A program made the translations under genes and the position numbers. The notes beneath the pieces were generated by a model that was given only the letters and a program-made list of their open reading frames with translations, searched no databases and was not told the origin of the DNA. A stretch of 64,000 nt of DNA, from contig JABWCR010000001.1 in the NCBI GenBank assembly GCA_013359125.1, positions 84,475-148,474 of the forward strand. The letters run 5' to 3'. Source of the stretch: Armatimonadota bacterium. Lineage in GTDB: Bacteria > Armatimonadota > Fimbriimonadia > Fimbriimonadales > GBS-DC. Positions 19,783 through 29,820 of this stretch are shown here, in pieces. Position 1 is the first letter of the stretch. The number at the start of each line of letters is the position of its first letter.

Positions 19783-20625
19783 ATGGTCAAGGTCGTCGTC
19801 GGAATCGATTTTGAAAACTATCAGAAAGCGATCGCGCTTTTGAAGGCTTTGCGATTTGAACAGGCTGAAGCGCACTTGCTGCACGTCGTGGAGTCGATTT
19901 TTCCGGACAAGAGCTTTCCGTCCTTGTCAGAGGGCCATCCGATGGCCGAGGTGTTTGCCGAAATGGAGGAGCGCGGTCAAGCCGAGTTGGCCAATGCTGC
20001 GGCTCTGATTGCAGGCTCCGGCTACGTCGCGACCACCGAGCGTCTAAAGGGCGATCCGGCTCGGCGCTTGATCGAGACCGCAACGCGTCGAAACGCCGAT
20101 TTGATCGCTGTCGGCGCGCAGCCCAAGACGGCCTGGGAATCGCTTTTCTATGGCAGCATCTCCAAAGCGCTTTCGTCATCGGCAGAGCAGTCGATCTTGG
20201 TTGCCAAGAGCGAACCCAAGTCTACGGAGGCTTTGACGGCGGTTTTGGCGACCGACCATTCGACCTACTGCGACCAATCCATTGAGAAGTTCATGAGTTG
20301 GAAGGCACATGGGGTCGGTCGATTGTTGATCCTGACCGCCATCGAAGCAAAAGCAGTCGCCGATGCCGGCGAATGGAAGGAGATGGCCGTTGACAAGAAC
20401 CAAGCCCTTTGCGATCGGTTCTCGGCTCTGGGGATCGAATGCCAAAGCAGGGTTACGGAGGGCAGGGCGCAGCAGGTTATCGCTTCGGCGATGAAGGAGA
20501 CGGCGTCCGATTTGCTGATTATGGGCGCGCGCGGACATGGTTTTTGGGATCGCGCTCGCTTGGGCAGCGTCTCTCATTTCGAACTTGTGGCCTCGCCGCA
20601 CAATGTGCTCGTGATGAGGGTTTAA
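19783..20625 (+). CDS. tandem universal stress protein (UspA) domain protein
   Basis: Two Usp halves, each ending in a G.(R/A).G..........GS(V/I)S motif (AVGAQPKTAWESLFYGSIS; MGARGHGFWDRARLGSVS). Confidence 0.8.
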   Translation: MVKVVVGIDFENYQKAIALLKALRFEQAEAHLLHVVESIFPDKSFPSLSEGHPMAEVFAEMEERGQAELANAAALIAGSGYVATTERLKGDPARRLIETATRRNADLIAVGAQPKTAWESLFYGSISKALSSSAEQSILVAKSEPKSTEALTAVLATDHSTYCDQSIEKFMSWKAHGVGRLLILTAIEAKAVADAGEWKEMAVDKNQALCDRFSALGIECQSRVTEGRAQQVIASAMKETASDLLIMGARGHGFWDRARLGSVSHFELVASPHNVLVMRV

Positions 20626-20634
20626 GGCAGCGGT

Positions 20635-22002
20635 TCACCCCAGCAGCGCTTGCCAAACTTCGTCTTGGGCTTGGGGGTCGTACTCGCCCAGAATCCGTCC
20701 ATCGCGCATGGCCAAAATCCGGTCCGAAAGCGCGAAGACCTCTTCTAGCTCGGAAGAAACCAGCACAACCGCCTTGCCGTCATCGGCTAATTGGCGTATA
20801 AGGCGGTGGATTTCGACCTTTGCCCCTGCATCGACGCCTCTGGTAGGCTCATCTAACAGCAGAAGGTCGTGTTCGGCGAGAATCAGCCTGCCAAGGAGCG
20901 CCTTCTGTTGATTGCCGCCGGAGAGCGACGAGACCGGTTGTTCGACGCTTTGCGATCGGATGGCCAGTCGTTCGACTATGCGTTTTGCGGCTCGGCCTTG
21001 AGACTTTTGGTCGATCCATCCAGCGCGACCGTGCCGATGAAGCGAGCCGAGGGTGAGATTGTCCTTAAGGCTCCTGGACAGAGCCAAGCCGAACCGCTTG
21101 CGATCTTCGGGCAGATAGCCCGCGGGATGTCGATGAAGAATGGACCGAAGCAAGGAGGTGCGGCCAGAACCCACCAAGCCCGCAATGCCCAGTATCTCGC
21201 CACGGTCGATCGCCCATCGAAAGCCTCGATGATCGTGCTCCAGCACGGGTTGCCTCTCTTTGGGGCGGGCATTCCGATGGCTTTCAGTCTTTTCCGGTTT
21301 GCGACCCAGCATGTGTTCTATGACTTGCTCGGGAGTTGTTTGGGAGGACTCGAAAACCGTCCTGCCGTCCCTCAGCACGACGATGCGGTCGGCGATCTCG
21401 AACGCTTCGCGCAAACGATGGGTGATGAAGACCATTCCGACTCTTTGGCCTTTGAGCTCGCGCATGAGTCCGAAAAGCCTCTCCGATTCTGGCTGACTGA
21501 GCGCGGCGGTCGGCTCGTCGAGAACTAGGAAGGTTGCCGCCCGGCCAAGCGCCTTAGCGATTTCTGTCAACTGTTGCTGGGCGACAGTAAGGCGCGCAAC
21601 GGGCCGATCAAGGTCGGCTTGTAGTCCCGCGCGCTGCGATAAAACCGATGCTTCGGCGTACTGGCGTCGCCCCTTAAGCCAGCCCCAGGCGTTCGGCTCG
21701 CGTCCCAGAGTCAGATTTTCGGCTACGGAGAGGTGCGGACAGAGGCTGAACTCCTGGCAGATCATCGCGATACCGAGGCGCATCGCCGTTTGTGGGTTTA
21801 AGCGGTTTATCCTGCGACTATCGATCTCGATCGTTCCAGAATCGGGCTGTTCTGCGCCCGAGATCACTCGCATGAGGGTTGATTTTCCCGCGCCGTTCTG
21901 CCCGAGCACGGCAACAATCTCGCCTGGCTTTACGACGAGGTCGGCCTCGACCAGCGCTTGGGCGCTGCCGTAGCTCTTGCTGATCTTGCTGAGTCGAAGC
22001 AA
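20635..22002 (-). CDS. sugar-type ABC transporter ATP-binding protein with two NBDs, no adjacent permease
   Basis: NBD1: GQNGAGKST and LVLDEPTAAL. NBD2: GLVGSGRTS, LSGGNQQK, LLLDEPTRGVD. Confidence 0.85.
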   Translation of the reverse strand: MLRLSKISKSYGSAQALVEADLVVKPGEIVAVLGQNGAGKSTLMRVISGAEQPDSGTIEIDSRRINRLNPQTAMRLGIAMICQEFSLCPHLSVAENLTLGREPNAWGWLKGRRQYAEASVLSQRAGLQADLDRPVARLTVAQQQLTEIAKALGRAATFLVLDEPTAALSQPESERLFGLMRELKGQRVGMVFITHRLREAFEIADRIVVLRDGRTVFESSQTTPEQVIEHMLGRKPEKTESHRNARPKERQPVLEHDHRGFRWAIDRGEILGIAGLVGSGRTSLLRSILHRHPAGYLPEDRKRFGLALSRSLKDNLTLGSLHRHGRAGWIDQKSQGRAAKRIVERLAIRSQSVEQPVSSLSGGNQQKALLGRLILAEHDLLLLDEPTRGVDAGAKVEIHRLIRQLADDGKAVVLVSSELEEVFALSDRILAMRDGRILGEYDPQAQDEVWQALLG

Positions 22003-22005
22003 CGG

Positions 22006-22299
22006 TTATCGATCGATGATGGCCGGTTTCTCGCCCGGCGGCACATAGCCCGCTTCTTGCGCTTTTTCTTTGATGACTTCGGGATCGTTGACGCGCTGCA
22101 GAGACGCTTCCGCATCGGACTGCTTCTGCTTCAACTCGTTGTATTGTCGCTCTTTTGCGGCCAAGAGGTTCTTTTCTTGTTGGAGCCTTTTGTATCCCGG
22201 AGCGAAGGCGCGCGCAAAGAGGATGAGGGCAATCAGCGCGATGGCAATCACTAGAGCGCCTCGGTTCACTTTTCTTTTCCTGCGCGGTCTCCGGTTCAT
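22006..22299 (-). CDS. septum formation initiator (FtsB/DivIC/FtsL family)
   Basis: Basic N-terminus, single TM (ALVIAIALIALILF), coiled coil (LQQEKNLLAAKERQYNELKQKQ), and DPEVIEKAQE..GYV. Confidence 0.75.
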   Translation of the reverse strand: MNRRPRRKRKVNRGALVIAIALIALILFARAFAPGYKRLQQEKNLLAAKERQYNELKQKQSDAEASLQRVNDPEVIKEKAQEAGYVPPGEKPAIIDR

Positions 22300-22355
22300 T
22301 TTTTGTCTGGTTGGTCGATAATTAGGGTAGATTATGGCGCAAGTGGAGCAACGGC

Positions 22356-22712
22356 TTGTCGGGTTCTAAGAGGGTTCTCTTCGCTCATAAGAGCGAGGAA
22401 GAGTTTGCCCGCCTGTTGGACTTTTATCAGGTTCGATGGGAGTACGAGCCTCGGACGTTCGTATTGGAGGCTGCCGACGACGGAAGCCCCGTGGAATCGT
22501 TCACCCCTGATTTTTACTTGCCCGATCATGATCTTTACCTTGAATTGACGACGCGGCGCGGCAATCTATCGCGCCGCAAACTGCGCAAGATCGAGAAACT
22601 GATGCAAGCCTACCCCAGCATCCGGGCGCGGCTGATCGATCCGGCTCAGTTTGACGCTATCATGCTGGGCCGCGAGAACGACTGGCGCCAGCCCGAGGAC
22701 GAGACGCCTTAG
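22356..22712 (+). CDS. conserved hypothetical protein with PD-(D/E)XK-like core
   Basis: TTG start. EEFARLLDFYQVRWEYEP...FTPDFYLPDHDLYLELTT resembles a nuclease-fold D...ExT/K arrangement. Function unknown. Confidence 0.4.
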   Translation: MSGSKRVLFAHKSEEEFARLLDFYQVRWEYEPRTFVLEAADDGSPVESFTPDFYLPDHDLYLELTTRRGNLSRRKLRKIEKLMQAYPSIRARLIDPAQFDAIMLGRENDWRQPEDETP

Positions 22713-23131
22713 CCCAAGTAGTCCGGCGCTTTGGTGATCTGTCCCGTGATTCGGACGACCGCCTCGTGCGGAGCGTACAGGAAGACGTTCTCTCCAATCT
22801 TCTCCACGGTTCCTTCGAGCGTATAGACCACGCCGCTCATAAAGTCGACGATTCGCTCTCGCTCGTGGGGCGCCGTCAGAGACAGGTTTAGGATCTGCTG
22901 GCTGCCGCTCTTAAGGCCGTCTGCCGCCGATCTCGCGTCGGCCAGTTCTTGCAGATCTTTGTGCACGTGCACCTCGTAAGGGTGGACGCGCCGCACCTTG
23001 GGCGTCATGATGTTCGGTTCGTCTTCGAACTCCGTCTCGTCGTCGCCTCTGCCAAAAAAGCCCTTGACCCAACCGATCGGGCCTCGCCGTTCTTCAGTTA
23101 CATCGACATCATCATGATAATGCATCTTCAT
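22709..23131 (-). CDS. sepF: cell division protein SepF
   Basis: C-terminal domain ...ADGLKSGSQQILNLSLTAPHERERIVDFMSGVVYTLEGTVEKIGENVFLYAP. Conserved yggS-sepF neighbourhood. Confidence 0.88.
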   Translation of the reverse strand: MKMHYHDDVDVTEERRGPIGWVKGFFGRGDDETEFEDEPNIMTPKVRRVHPYEVHVHKDLQELADARSAADGLKSGSQQILNLSLTAPHERERIVDFMSGVVYTLEGTVEKIGENVFLYAPHEAVVRITGQITKAPDYLG

Positions 23132-23148
23132 CCCTCCTGGATGATCGA

Positions 23149-23826
23149 CTATCGATCTCTCGGTCCAAACAGCGCCGTGCCAATACGAATCTGGGTAGCG
23201 CCCTCCGTGATGGCCGCTTCCAAGTCGTGGCTCATGCCCATCGAAAGCGTTATACGCTCCGTTCTATGTAGCCGCTCGAACGTCTGACGCGCCATGGCAA
23301 AGGCCGGACGGACTGCTTCTGGGTCGTCGGTATAGGCTGGAATCGCCATGACGCCGCCAATCTTCAAGTTTGGCATTGCGCGCGCGCTGTCGATCAAACG
23401 GTCGAAGACTTCGACCGTCGCGCCGCCTTTAGACGGCTCCTCGCTGACCTTGATTTGGATCAGGATCGACTGAATGTGTTCAAGTTTCGACGCCCAAAGT
23501 TGCAATTCCTGCAACTGTCGGAGCGATTCGACAGAGCATACCCAATGAAATCGTCCGATCAGGTATTTTGCTTTGTTCGTCTGAAGCCTGCCGATAAAAT
23601 GCCATCGGGAATCTGAAGGCATTTGTTCAAGTTTCGCTTTCGATTCTTGCCAATAATTCTCGCCAAAATCGCGCAGTCCCAAAGCATAGGCTTCTGCGAT
23701 TCGGTCGATCTGGACGCCCTTTGTTACTGCGAGAAGCTGAATCTCGGACGGGTCTCGTTGGGTTCGGGTTGCGGCTTGGGCGATTCGGTCTTGAAGGATT
23801 AGGAGCGATTCTCTAACGGATGCCAT
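23149..23826 (-). CDS. yggS: YggS family pyridoxal-phosphate homeostasis protein
   Basis: Start moved to ATG 23826 (MASVRESL). Motifs AVTKG, FGENY, WHFIGRLQTNK, SMGMSHD, IRIGTALFG. Confidence 0.9.
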   Translation of the reverse strand: MASVRESLLILQDRIAQAATRTQRDPSEIQLLAVTKGVQIDRIAEAYALGLRDFGENYWQESKAKLEQMPSDSRWHFIGRLQTNKAKYLIGRFHWVCSVESLRQLQELQLWASKLEHIQSILIQIKVSEEPSKGGATVEVFDRLIDSARAMPNLKIGGVMAIPAYTDDPEAVRPAFAMARQTFERLHRTERITLSMGMSHDLEAAITEGATQIRIGTALFGPRDR

Positions 23827-24520
23827 CTGAGGTCTGGTCTTCCAGGCTGCCGCTCTTGTGCGTCTTGGCCAGATGATCCAGCTTGCCGGTTTGCATGAAC
23901 CAAACGCGCTCGACGATGTTGGTGGCATGGTCGGCCACTCGCTCCAGGTAGTGCGCGACGAGGAGGAGCCACGAGCCGGTTACGACCTTGGCCGGGTCGT
24001 CTGTCATCTGCTGAAGGAGCTGGCCTCGCATTTCTCGATAGAGAGCGTCTACCTCGTCGTCTTGATCGCACACGCGCTGAACCATCTCTAAGTCGCGATT
24101 GACGAAAGCCTCAAGGCTCTCGCGCAGCATCTTTCTGGCCACGTGCGCCAGTTTGGGCACATCGATCATCGGTTCGTAGCCCGGCTCTCGCGCCAGTTTG
24201 CGGGCCGATTTGGCGATATCGACGCTGTAATCGCCCACGCGCTCGATGTCGGTGATCATCTTCATGGCGGTGCCGATGATGCGCAGGTCGCTGGCCATAG
24301 GTTGTTGCAGGGCGAGCAGTCGGAGGCAGTGATGCTCGATGTCGATGTCCATCTCGTCCACCTCGTCGTCGCGGAAGATCACCTCTTCTGCAAGATTGAG
24401 GTCGCGCTTGACCAGGGCTTCGACAGAATCGGCCACCATGCCTTCTACCACCGCGCCCATTTCGAGCAGTTTGTTCTCGAGCTGCTTCAGTTCGCTGTCA
24501 AACGCCTGACGAGTAAACAC
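23813..24520 (-). CDS. phoU: phosphate signalling complex protein PhoU
   Basis: Two PhoU repeats with the D.E.D and ERVGD/ERVAD motifs. Confidence 0.93.
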   Translation of the reverse strand: MFTRQAFDSELKQLENKLLEMGAVVEGMVADSVEALVKRDLNLAEEVIFRDDEVDEMDIDIEHHCLRLLALQQPMASDLRIIGTAMKMITDIERVGDYSVDIAKSARKLAREPGYEPMIDVPKLAHVARKMLRESLEAFVNRDLEMVQRVCDQDDEVDALYREMRGQLLQQMTDDPAKVVTGSWLLLVAHYLERVADHATNIVERVWFMQTGKLDHLAKTHKSGSLEDQTSDGIR

Positions 24521-24566
24521 GATACCCCCTAAGATGATTCGGCTATTGTACCCGCCGCGCCGAACT

Positions 24567-25718
24567 CTAACTTAGGAAACGGGCGAAGGCAGGCGGCTGT
24601 TCCCAGCAGGGCAAGCCTCGCAGTTCTTCGAACTTGCCCAAGAACGAAAGGGCCGACATGCTGGCCACTATCGAGCCTTCCATCGCCTCTTCTATAACCG
24701 CACCGGCGATGGCCAGGGTTTCGAGAGGGAGCGATTCGCCCGGCCTCAATCGACCCGCAATAAGCCACCGCGCGGTCCATTCCTGTCGGTCAATCTGGGC
24801 TTGAGCGGTTGGCAATCGATAGGCGGAGCCGTTGTTCAGGGCGTCGCCCAACATTGCGGTCGCAGTGGCTTCGCCCCCTGCGCCGGGTCCGGAAAGAAAG
24901 AGGTCGCCGAACGTCGGTCCGCTCAGGAAGGCTCCGTTCAAAACGCCGTGCAGGCTCGCCAGTGGAGAATCTTGCGGGACCAAAGTCGGCAACACGCTGA
25001 GTTCGTCCGCTCGATACCGGGCAAGCAGTTTGACCGCGCAGTTTCTTCTTTGTGCTTCTGCCATGAGTTCAAGATTGACCTCCCGAATCCCATGACACAG
25101 TACGTCCGCGGGGTCAACCCATTGGCCTTGCGCTAGCGAAGCAAGAATGGATATTTTGTAGACCGCGTCCAAGCCGTCCACGTCGGCAGAGGGGTCGGTT
25201 TCGGCATAGCCTTTCTGCTGAGCGTCTCTCAGCGCGGCGTCAAAATCCATCTCGGGCATTTGGGTCAAGATGTAGTTGGTCGTGCCGTTCAATACGCCGC
25301 TCGCCTCGGTTATCGGCACGCTGGCCAAAGCGCCTCTCATCGTGGAGACGATCGGGATCGCGCCTCCGACCGCCGCATCGAAGTAGAGCGACCCGCCCAA
25401 GGCCGACAGTTCCGCGCCTTTCTTGGCGATCAATTCCTTGTTGGCGGTTACCACCTTCAAGCCCCGTTTGAGCGCGGTCGAAACGAGTTCGAAGGCTGGA
25501 TGCAGTCCGCCCATCGCTTCAAACACGATGCTCAGCGTCGTATCGTCCAATAGATCGGCGGCTCGGACGGTCAAAGGTAAACCATTCGATGGTCGATTTG
25601 CATTTCTTACAAAAGCGCCTGAAAATTCGATTTGAGGAGCGTGTTCGAGGATTAATCGATGAAGAGCGCGCCCGACCGTGCCGTAGCCGAGGAGCGCGGC
25701 TTTAAGGTTGCTCATCAA
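24567..25718 (-). CDS. hom: homoserine dehydrogenase
   Basis: GYGTVG NAD-binding motif, TANKEL, GAIP, NGTTNYIL, GYAE.DPS.DV.G.D...K. Confidence 0.92.
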   Translation of the reverse strand: MMSNLKAALLGYGTVGRALHRLILEHAPQIEFSGAFVRNANRPSNGLPLTVRAADLLDDTTLSIVFEAMGGLHPAFELVSTALKRGLKVVTANKELIAKKGAELSALGGSLYFDAAVGGAIPIVSTMRGALASVPITEASGVLNGTTNYILTQMPEMDFDAALRDAQQKGYAETDPSADVDGLDAVYKISILASLAQGQWVDPADVLCHGIREVNLELMAEAQRRNCAVKLLARYRADELSVLPTLVPQDSPLASLHGVLNGAFLSGPTFGDLFLSGPGAGGEATATAMLGDALNNGSAYRLPTAQAQIDRQEWTARWLIAGRLRPGESLPLETLAIAGAVIEEAMEGSIVASMSALSFLGKFEELRGLPCWEQPPAFARFLS

Positions 25719-26115
25719 TGTACATCAGCGGCTCGCCTGCATGCACCAGAGAGTTGTTTCCGGCGACGATCTTCGTAATAACGCCAGAACAAGGCGAAGG
25801 CAGTTCGTTAAACACTTTCATTGCTTCGATGATGCATATCGGCTGGCCTTCTTGCACCATGTCGCCTTCTTTCACGTAGGGCGGATCGTTGGGCGAGGGG
25901 CCGCGGTAGAACATCCCCATCATGGGCGCTTCGATGGCGCGACCGTGCGATGGCGATTGGGCCGTCTCTTTTGCGGCTATGACGACGGCCGGATTGGCAT
26001 CGGCATCTCGGCGCAATTCGACAGAAAGCTCCGAAGTTTCGATGGACAACTCTTCCAGCCGCTGGCGCTCCATGATCTCGACCAGTTGCTGGACCGTCTC
26101 GAAAGAGGGTCGCAT
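25702..26115 (-). CDS. accB: biotin carboxyl carrier protein (AccB-like), no adjacent accC
   Basis: Biotinylation motif EAMKVFNEL and an AccB-type N-terminus. Confidence 0.8.
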   Translation of the reverse strand: MRPSFETVQQLVEIMERQRLEELSIETSELSVELRRDADANPAVVIAAKETAQSPSHGRAIEAPMMGMFYRGPSPNDPPYVKEGDMVQEGQPICIIEAMKVFNELPSPCSGVITKIVAGNNSLVHAGEPLMYIDEQP

Positions 26116-26161
26116 AGAGAGATTATAGCGGATGGGCGCCAGGGCCCATCCGCCTAATCGA

Positions 26162-28354
26162 TTATTGCGGGCAGCAACCGAGGCCGAAGTTCATAAGGAC
26201 GGTGGCCAAGTCGACGTCGTCCACCCGGAAGTCGCGATTGGTGTCCTCGGTGAGACTTGGGCCAAAGTCTCCGAAGCGCATCAGCACGCGCGCCAGGTCG
26301 TAATCGTCGATGCAGCCGTCTTGGTCCACGTCGCCTTGCCAGTATCCTCTCGGATTGACCGCGCAAACCACTGCGCCGTCGCCTCGACCATAGACCATTT
26401 GGATTTCGTCCTTTGCGAACGACATGGCCGTTACGCCCTGGAATCCGCCCGTCTCCAAGTCGATGCGATTAGTGAGGGTTCGCAGGTTGAAATCCCAAAA
26501 GTTGAGAGAACCGAAGTAGGAAGAGCCGTCAAACTCGAACACGCCGGTGGCCAAGGTGCTGCCGTCATCGGAGAACTTGACGACGTTCACCCCGCCCGTA
26601 TGCGGCAGAGCCGCCTCCTGTTCGCCCGTCTGGATGTTCCAGACAGTGGCTTGGCAACCGATCGGGTATCGATCTGGGGACTCGTCGCCCTGGCCGATGA
26701 TCACTCGAAGACCGTCCGGCGAGAAATCGACCGAATTGGCCTGTGCTTCAGAGAGGAGAAAGCGCCGAGTAGGATCGAAGCTATCGAGCGTCCAGATTCG
26801 CGCGCCGCAATCGTAGAGGGTGCCTTCGGCGACGTAACCGCTGGCTGTGGCGATCATCGTACCGTTCCGAGAGAAGGCAACGGAGCGAATGGGCGATGTG
26901 TGGCCTTGATATTCGGTGTAAAGTTCGCCCGTATCGACGATCCAAAGACGCAACATGCAGTCGGTGAACCGATAGCCTTGAGTCGATTCGTACGAAGCGT
27001 CGCCGCCGGCGGATGCCAGCATGGTTCCGTCGGGCGAGAATGCCAAGCCCCGGACGGTCGCATAGTGGCCATAGAGAGTTTGAACGAGTTGTCCGTTCGA
27101 CGATCGCCAAATGTGGATATCGGCGATGCCATCGATGGGGTCGCCGCCGGTTGCGATCAGAGAGCCGTCGGGCGAGATCGCGATCGCTCGGATCCGCGAT
27201 TGAAATGGTCCGAGCACAGCTTGGGTCTGGCCGGTACAGACAGAGATGATCCTGAGCAAGTCGTCCCCGGCGGCGACGGCGGCGATGTCGCCGCTGGGCG
27301 ACACAGCGATCGCGCTGATGGGGTTGTGGTATTCGGCGTAGTCTCTAATCTGGACGCCTGTGTTTGCGTCCCATTCGAACACGGCGCGGTCGTCGCCCGA
27401 AGTGTAGAGCCGCAGACCATCGGGAGAGTAGAGCGCCTGGGTTGCACGCCCGCGATGAGCGATGACCGAAAACGCCGGAGCGTGGGGGATGGTCAGCCAG
27501 ACTCGAACGGTGCCGTCCGAACTGGTGGAGACCATGCGTCCGCCATCCGGCGCATAGGCAATACTGGTAATCTCGTCCGTATGGCCATGGAACGAACCGA
27601 TCTGCGTGCCGGTTAACGTGCTCCACTCACGAATGACGGGATCGGCCGAACTACCGCCGGAGCAAAGCCGAAGACCATCAAGCGAGTAAGCTAAAGATCG
27701 AACAGGACCTTCAAACGGTCCGATCTCTTGAACCATTGCGCCGGTCGTTGCGTTCCAAACGCGAATCGTGCCGTAGTTGTTGGGAAACGTTCCGTCTAGT
27801 CCGCCCGTAGCGATAGTCTGGCCGTTGGGACGAAATGCGAGCGCGGTCAGGTTTGCGCTGTGGACGAGAATCTGAGCAATGGGGGCTCCAGTCTCTACAT
27901 CCCACAACCTGACTCGTCGGTCGTCGTGGGCGGTGGCCAGCCGAGAGCCGTCGGGCGAGAATGCGACTGCCTTGACGCCGTTGACAGGCGCAGCGAGGGT
28001 GCGGACATAGTTCCCTACTCGCGGCTCCCATATGTGCGTCTGGCCCCATGCCTCGCCCGCCGCTAGCAGTGAGCCGTCGGGCGAGAATGCGAGCGTTCGA
28101 ACGCATCCAAGGTTGAATCGGGCCAGCGTGCGCTCGAGTCGACCGGTCAGGGTGGACCAGATTTTGATCGTTCGGTCGCAGAAACCGGCCGTGGCCAGCC
28201 ACAGACCGTCCGGCGACTGTGCTATCGCCTCGACTCCGTTGGCATGGCCGCCCGCCATCCACTTGATAGTGGGCGGGTTCTGCGCCAGAGAAGCCCCAAA
28301 TATCAAAACGGCAAAAAGCGCCGTCAGCAAAGCTCTCTTTCCTGCCATCGACAC
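26162..28354 (-). CDS. secreted WD40-repeat protein (at least 13 repeats) with dockerin-like C-terminal tail
   Basis: Signal peptide MSMAGKRALLTALFAVLIFGASLAQ. At least 13 units of (F/Y)SPDG..(L/I)A(T/S)...D..(I/V)..W. Tail: GDVDQDGCIDDYDLARVLMRFG...NRDFRVDDVDLATVLMNFGLGCCPQ. Confidence 0.88.
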   Translation of the reverse strand: MSMAGKRALLTALFAVLIFGASLAQNPPTIKWMAGGHANGVEAIAQSPDGLWLATAGFCDRTIKIWSTLTGRLERTLARFNLGCVRTLAFSPDGSLLAAGEAWGQTHIWEPRVGNYVRTLAAPVNGVKAVAFSPDGSRLATAHDDRRVRLWDVETGAPIAQILVHSANLTALAFRPNGQTIATGGLDGTFPNNYGTIRVWNATTGAMVQEIGPFEGPVRSLAYSLDGLRLCSGGSSADPVIREWSTLTGTQIGSFHGHTDEITSIAYAPDGGRMVSTSSDGTVRVWLTIPHAPAFSVIAHRGRATQALYSPDGLRLYTSGDDRAVFEWDANTGVQIRDYAEYHNPISAIAVSPSGDIAAVAAGDDLLRIISVCTGQTQAVLGPFQSRIRAIAISPDGSLIATGGDPIDGIADIHIWRSSNGQLVQTLYGHYATVRGLAFSPDGTMLASAGGDASYESTQGYRFTDCMLRLWIVDTGELYTEYQGHTSPIRSVAFSRNGTMIATASGYVAEGTLYDCGARIWTLDSFDPTRRFLLSEAQANSVDFSPDGLRVIIGQGDESPDRYPIGCQATVWNIQTGEQEAALPHTGGVNVVKFSDDGSTLATGVFEFDGSSYFGSLNFWDFNLRTLTNRIDLETGGFQGVTAMSFAKDEIQMVYGRGDGAVVCAVNPRGYWQGDVDQDGCIDDYDLARVLMRFGDFGPSLTEDTNRDFRVDDVDLATVLMNFGLGCCPQ

Positions 28355-28425
28355 ACCTCCGGGAGTTGCCCAAACAGAAGGAACTCTTCCTGAGAAAGTA
28401 TAACACGGATTTTGCCGGGTATGCT

Positions 28426-29193
28426 ATGCCTCTTATGGAGTTGGCATGTCGGACCGAGAAGTTGGGGCTGCTATTGCCGGGCGGCAGTTGTCGGGGCGCG
28501 TTTCAAATCGGGGTGCTGCAGGCATTCAAGGAGCGGGGGATCGCGGCAGAGGTGGTTGCGGGAGTTTCATCGGGATCGTGGAACGCGGTCGCCTGGGCTC
28601 TGGACGAGGTGCACCGGTTGGAGGAGCTTTGGCTGGACGCTTTGTCGGCTTCTTTCTACAGCAAGTCGTTAAGGCAATGGGCGACGAATCTCTCGCCGTT
28701 TAACTACAAGTGGATTCACAAAACGCGCTCGAAGTTTCATCTTGATTGGGACTTAGTCAAAAATGCGGCGGTCGAGGTAGTGATCGGGGTGGCGACGTTT
28801 CCGCTGATGCGGCTCAAGTTGTTCAGCAATCGAGAGCATCCCAATGTGGACTTCTTCAGCGTCGTGCTGGCGTCCAACACCCTGATGCCGTTTCACACGC
28901 TGCCCGTGCGGGTGGGGACTGGGTTCTACGTTGATGGCGGGTTTGCGGACAATGCGCCGGTTCATGCTTTGTACGAGAAGGGATGCGACCGGGTGATCGC
29001 GGTCGTGTCGAGGCCGACCGACCGTCTGCACCACAAACCGATGAGGCCGTGGGGTTTTTCTTATCCGAACGACCGGCTCGCTCTGGTTTGTCCAGAGGAG
29101 CCCTTGCCGCTCAACTTCAACGATTTCGACCCTGGGCGATTGAGAGAAGCGATCCGTATCGGCTATGAGACCGGCCTAAAGGCTGCGATCTGA
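28426..29193 (+). CDS. patatin-like phospholipase
   Basis: Oxyanion PGGSCRGAF, nucleophile elbow GVSSGS, catalytic Asp in YVDGGFADNAP. Start chosen at in-frame ATG 28426; ORF track start is 28366. Confidence 0.85.
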   Translation: MPLMELACRTEKLGLLLPGGSCRGAFQIGVLQAFKERGIAAEVVAGVSSGSWNAVAWALDEVHRLEELWLDALSASFYSKSLRQWATNLSPFNYKWIHKTRSKFHLDWDLVKNAAVEVVIGVATFPLMRLKLFSNREHPNVDFFSVVLASNTLMPFHTLPVRVGTGFYVDGGFADNAPVHALYEKGCDRVIAVVSRPTDRLHHKPMRPWGFSYPNDRLALVCPEEPLPLNFNDFDPGRLREAIRIGYETGLKAAI

Positions 29194-29742
29194 ACCGGGC
29201 GCGACCTTGAGGCTTTGTATGACTCGGTCGGCCGTCCTGGCCACTACCGGATCGTCTGACGGCCCTGCACAGACGACCTGCCACATCTCATTGTCTTTTA
29301 CGAGAATGATGTGGCGATAGATGGTCTTGTTCTGTTTGGCTGTGAGGCTTGTTCCATAGGCATAGAACCCGTGCGCCCCGTTGCGAGAGGCTTCTTCTCG
29401 CTTAACGTCCAGGCGTTCGGAACCCATGCTCCTCTTGACTCGGTCTATCGCGCCATCCATGGCTTTGGAAGCGTTCAATCGGCTGCCCGCCCGATACTTG
29501 GCGTAGGAGCAGAAGACCACAAGGCCGTCCATCGTACTGGAGAAGCTGACCGACTTGTCCAGCGCTTCTTGGGTCGATTCCTTAAGGTTCAGCTTCGCGT
29601 CTTTTGGCGGCGAGGGCAGGTTGACAGACATTTTTGCGTCGTCAACGACATATTGCTTCAACGGGATGGCGTTTTGGATCGCAGAGTGCAGATCGCAAGA
29701 GAACGAGATTGCGACCAAGAGCGAAATTGTGAGCCAGCGCAT
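29176..29742 (-). CDS. hypothetical secreted protein or lipoprotein
   Basis: Signal-like MRWLTISLLVAISFSC with a weak lipobox. No family recognised. Confidence 0.45.
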   Translation of the reverse strand: MRWLTISLLVAISFSCDLHSAIQNAIPLKQYVVDDAKMSVNLPSPPKDAKLNLKESTQEALDKSVSFSSTMDGLVVFCSYAKYRAGSRLNASKAMDGAIDRVKRSMGSERLDVKREEASRNGAHGFYAYGTSLTAKQNKTIYRHIILVKDNEMWQVVCAGPSDDPVVARTADRVIQSLKVAPGSDRSL

Positions 29743-29820
29743 GACAGCCTCTCCTTTTGCCGTACTTGCTTTTATGGTCGGAGGCTTTTGAAATCGTAAT
29801 AACTGATGGAATTGCAGGAA

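Noticed and set aside
22334-22369. An 11-codon upstream ORF (ATG GCG CAA GTG GAG CAA CGG CTT GTC GGG TTC TAA) preceded by TAGATT/GATAAT boxes ahead of the 22356 gene.
   Set aside because: The spacing of the -10 candidates to the ATG is inconsistent, conservation cannot be assessed, and the ORF overlaps the TTG start of the annotated gene out of frame. It is too speculative.
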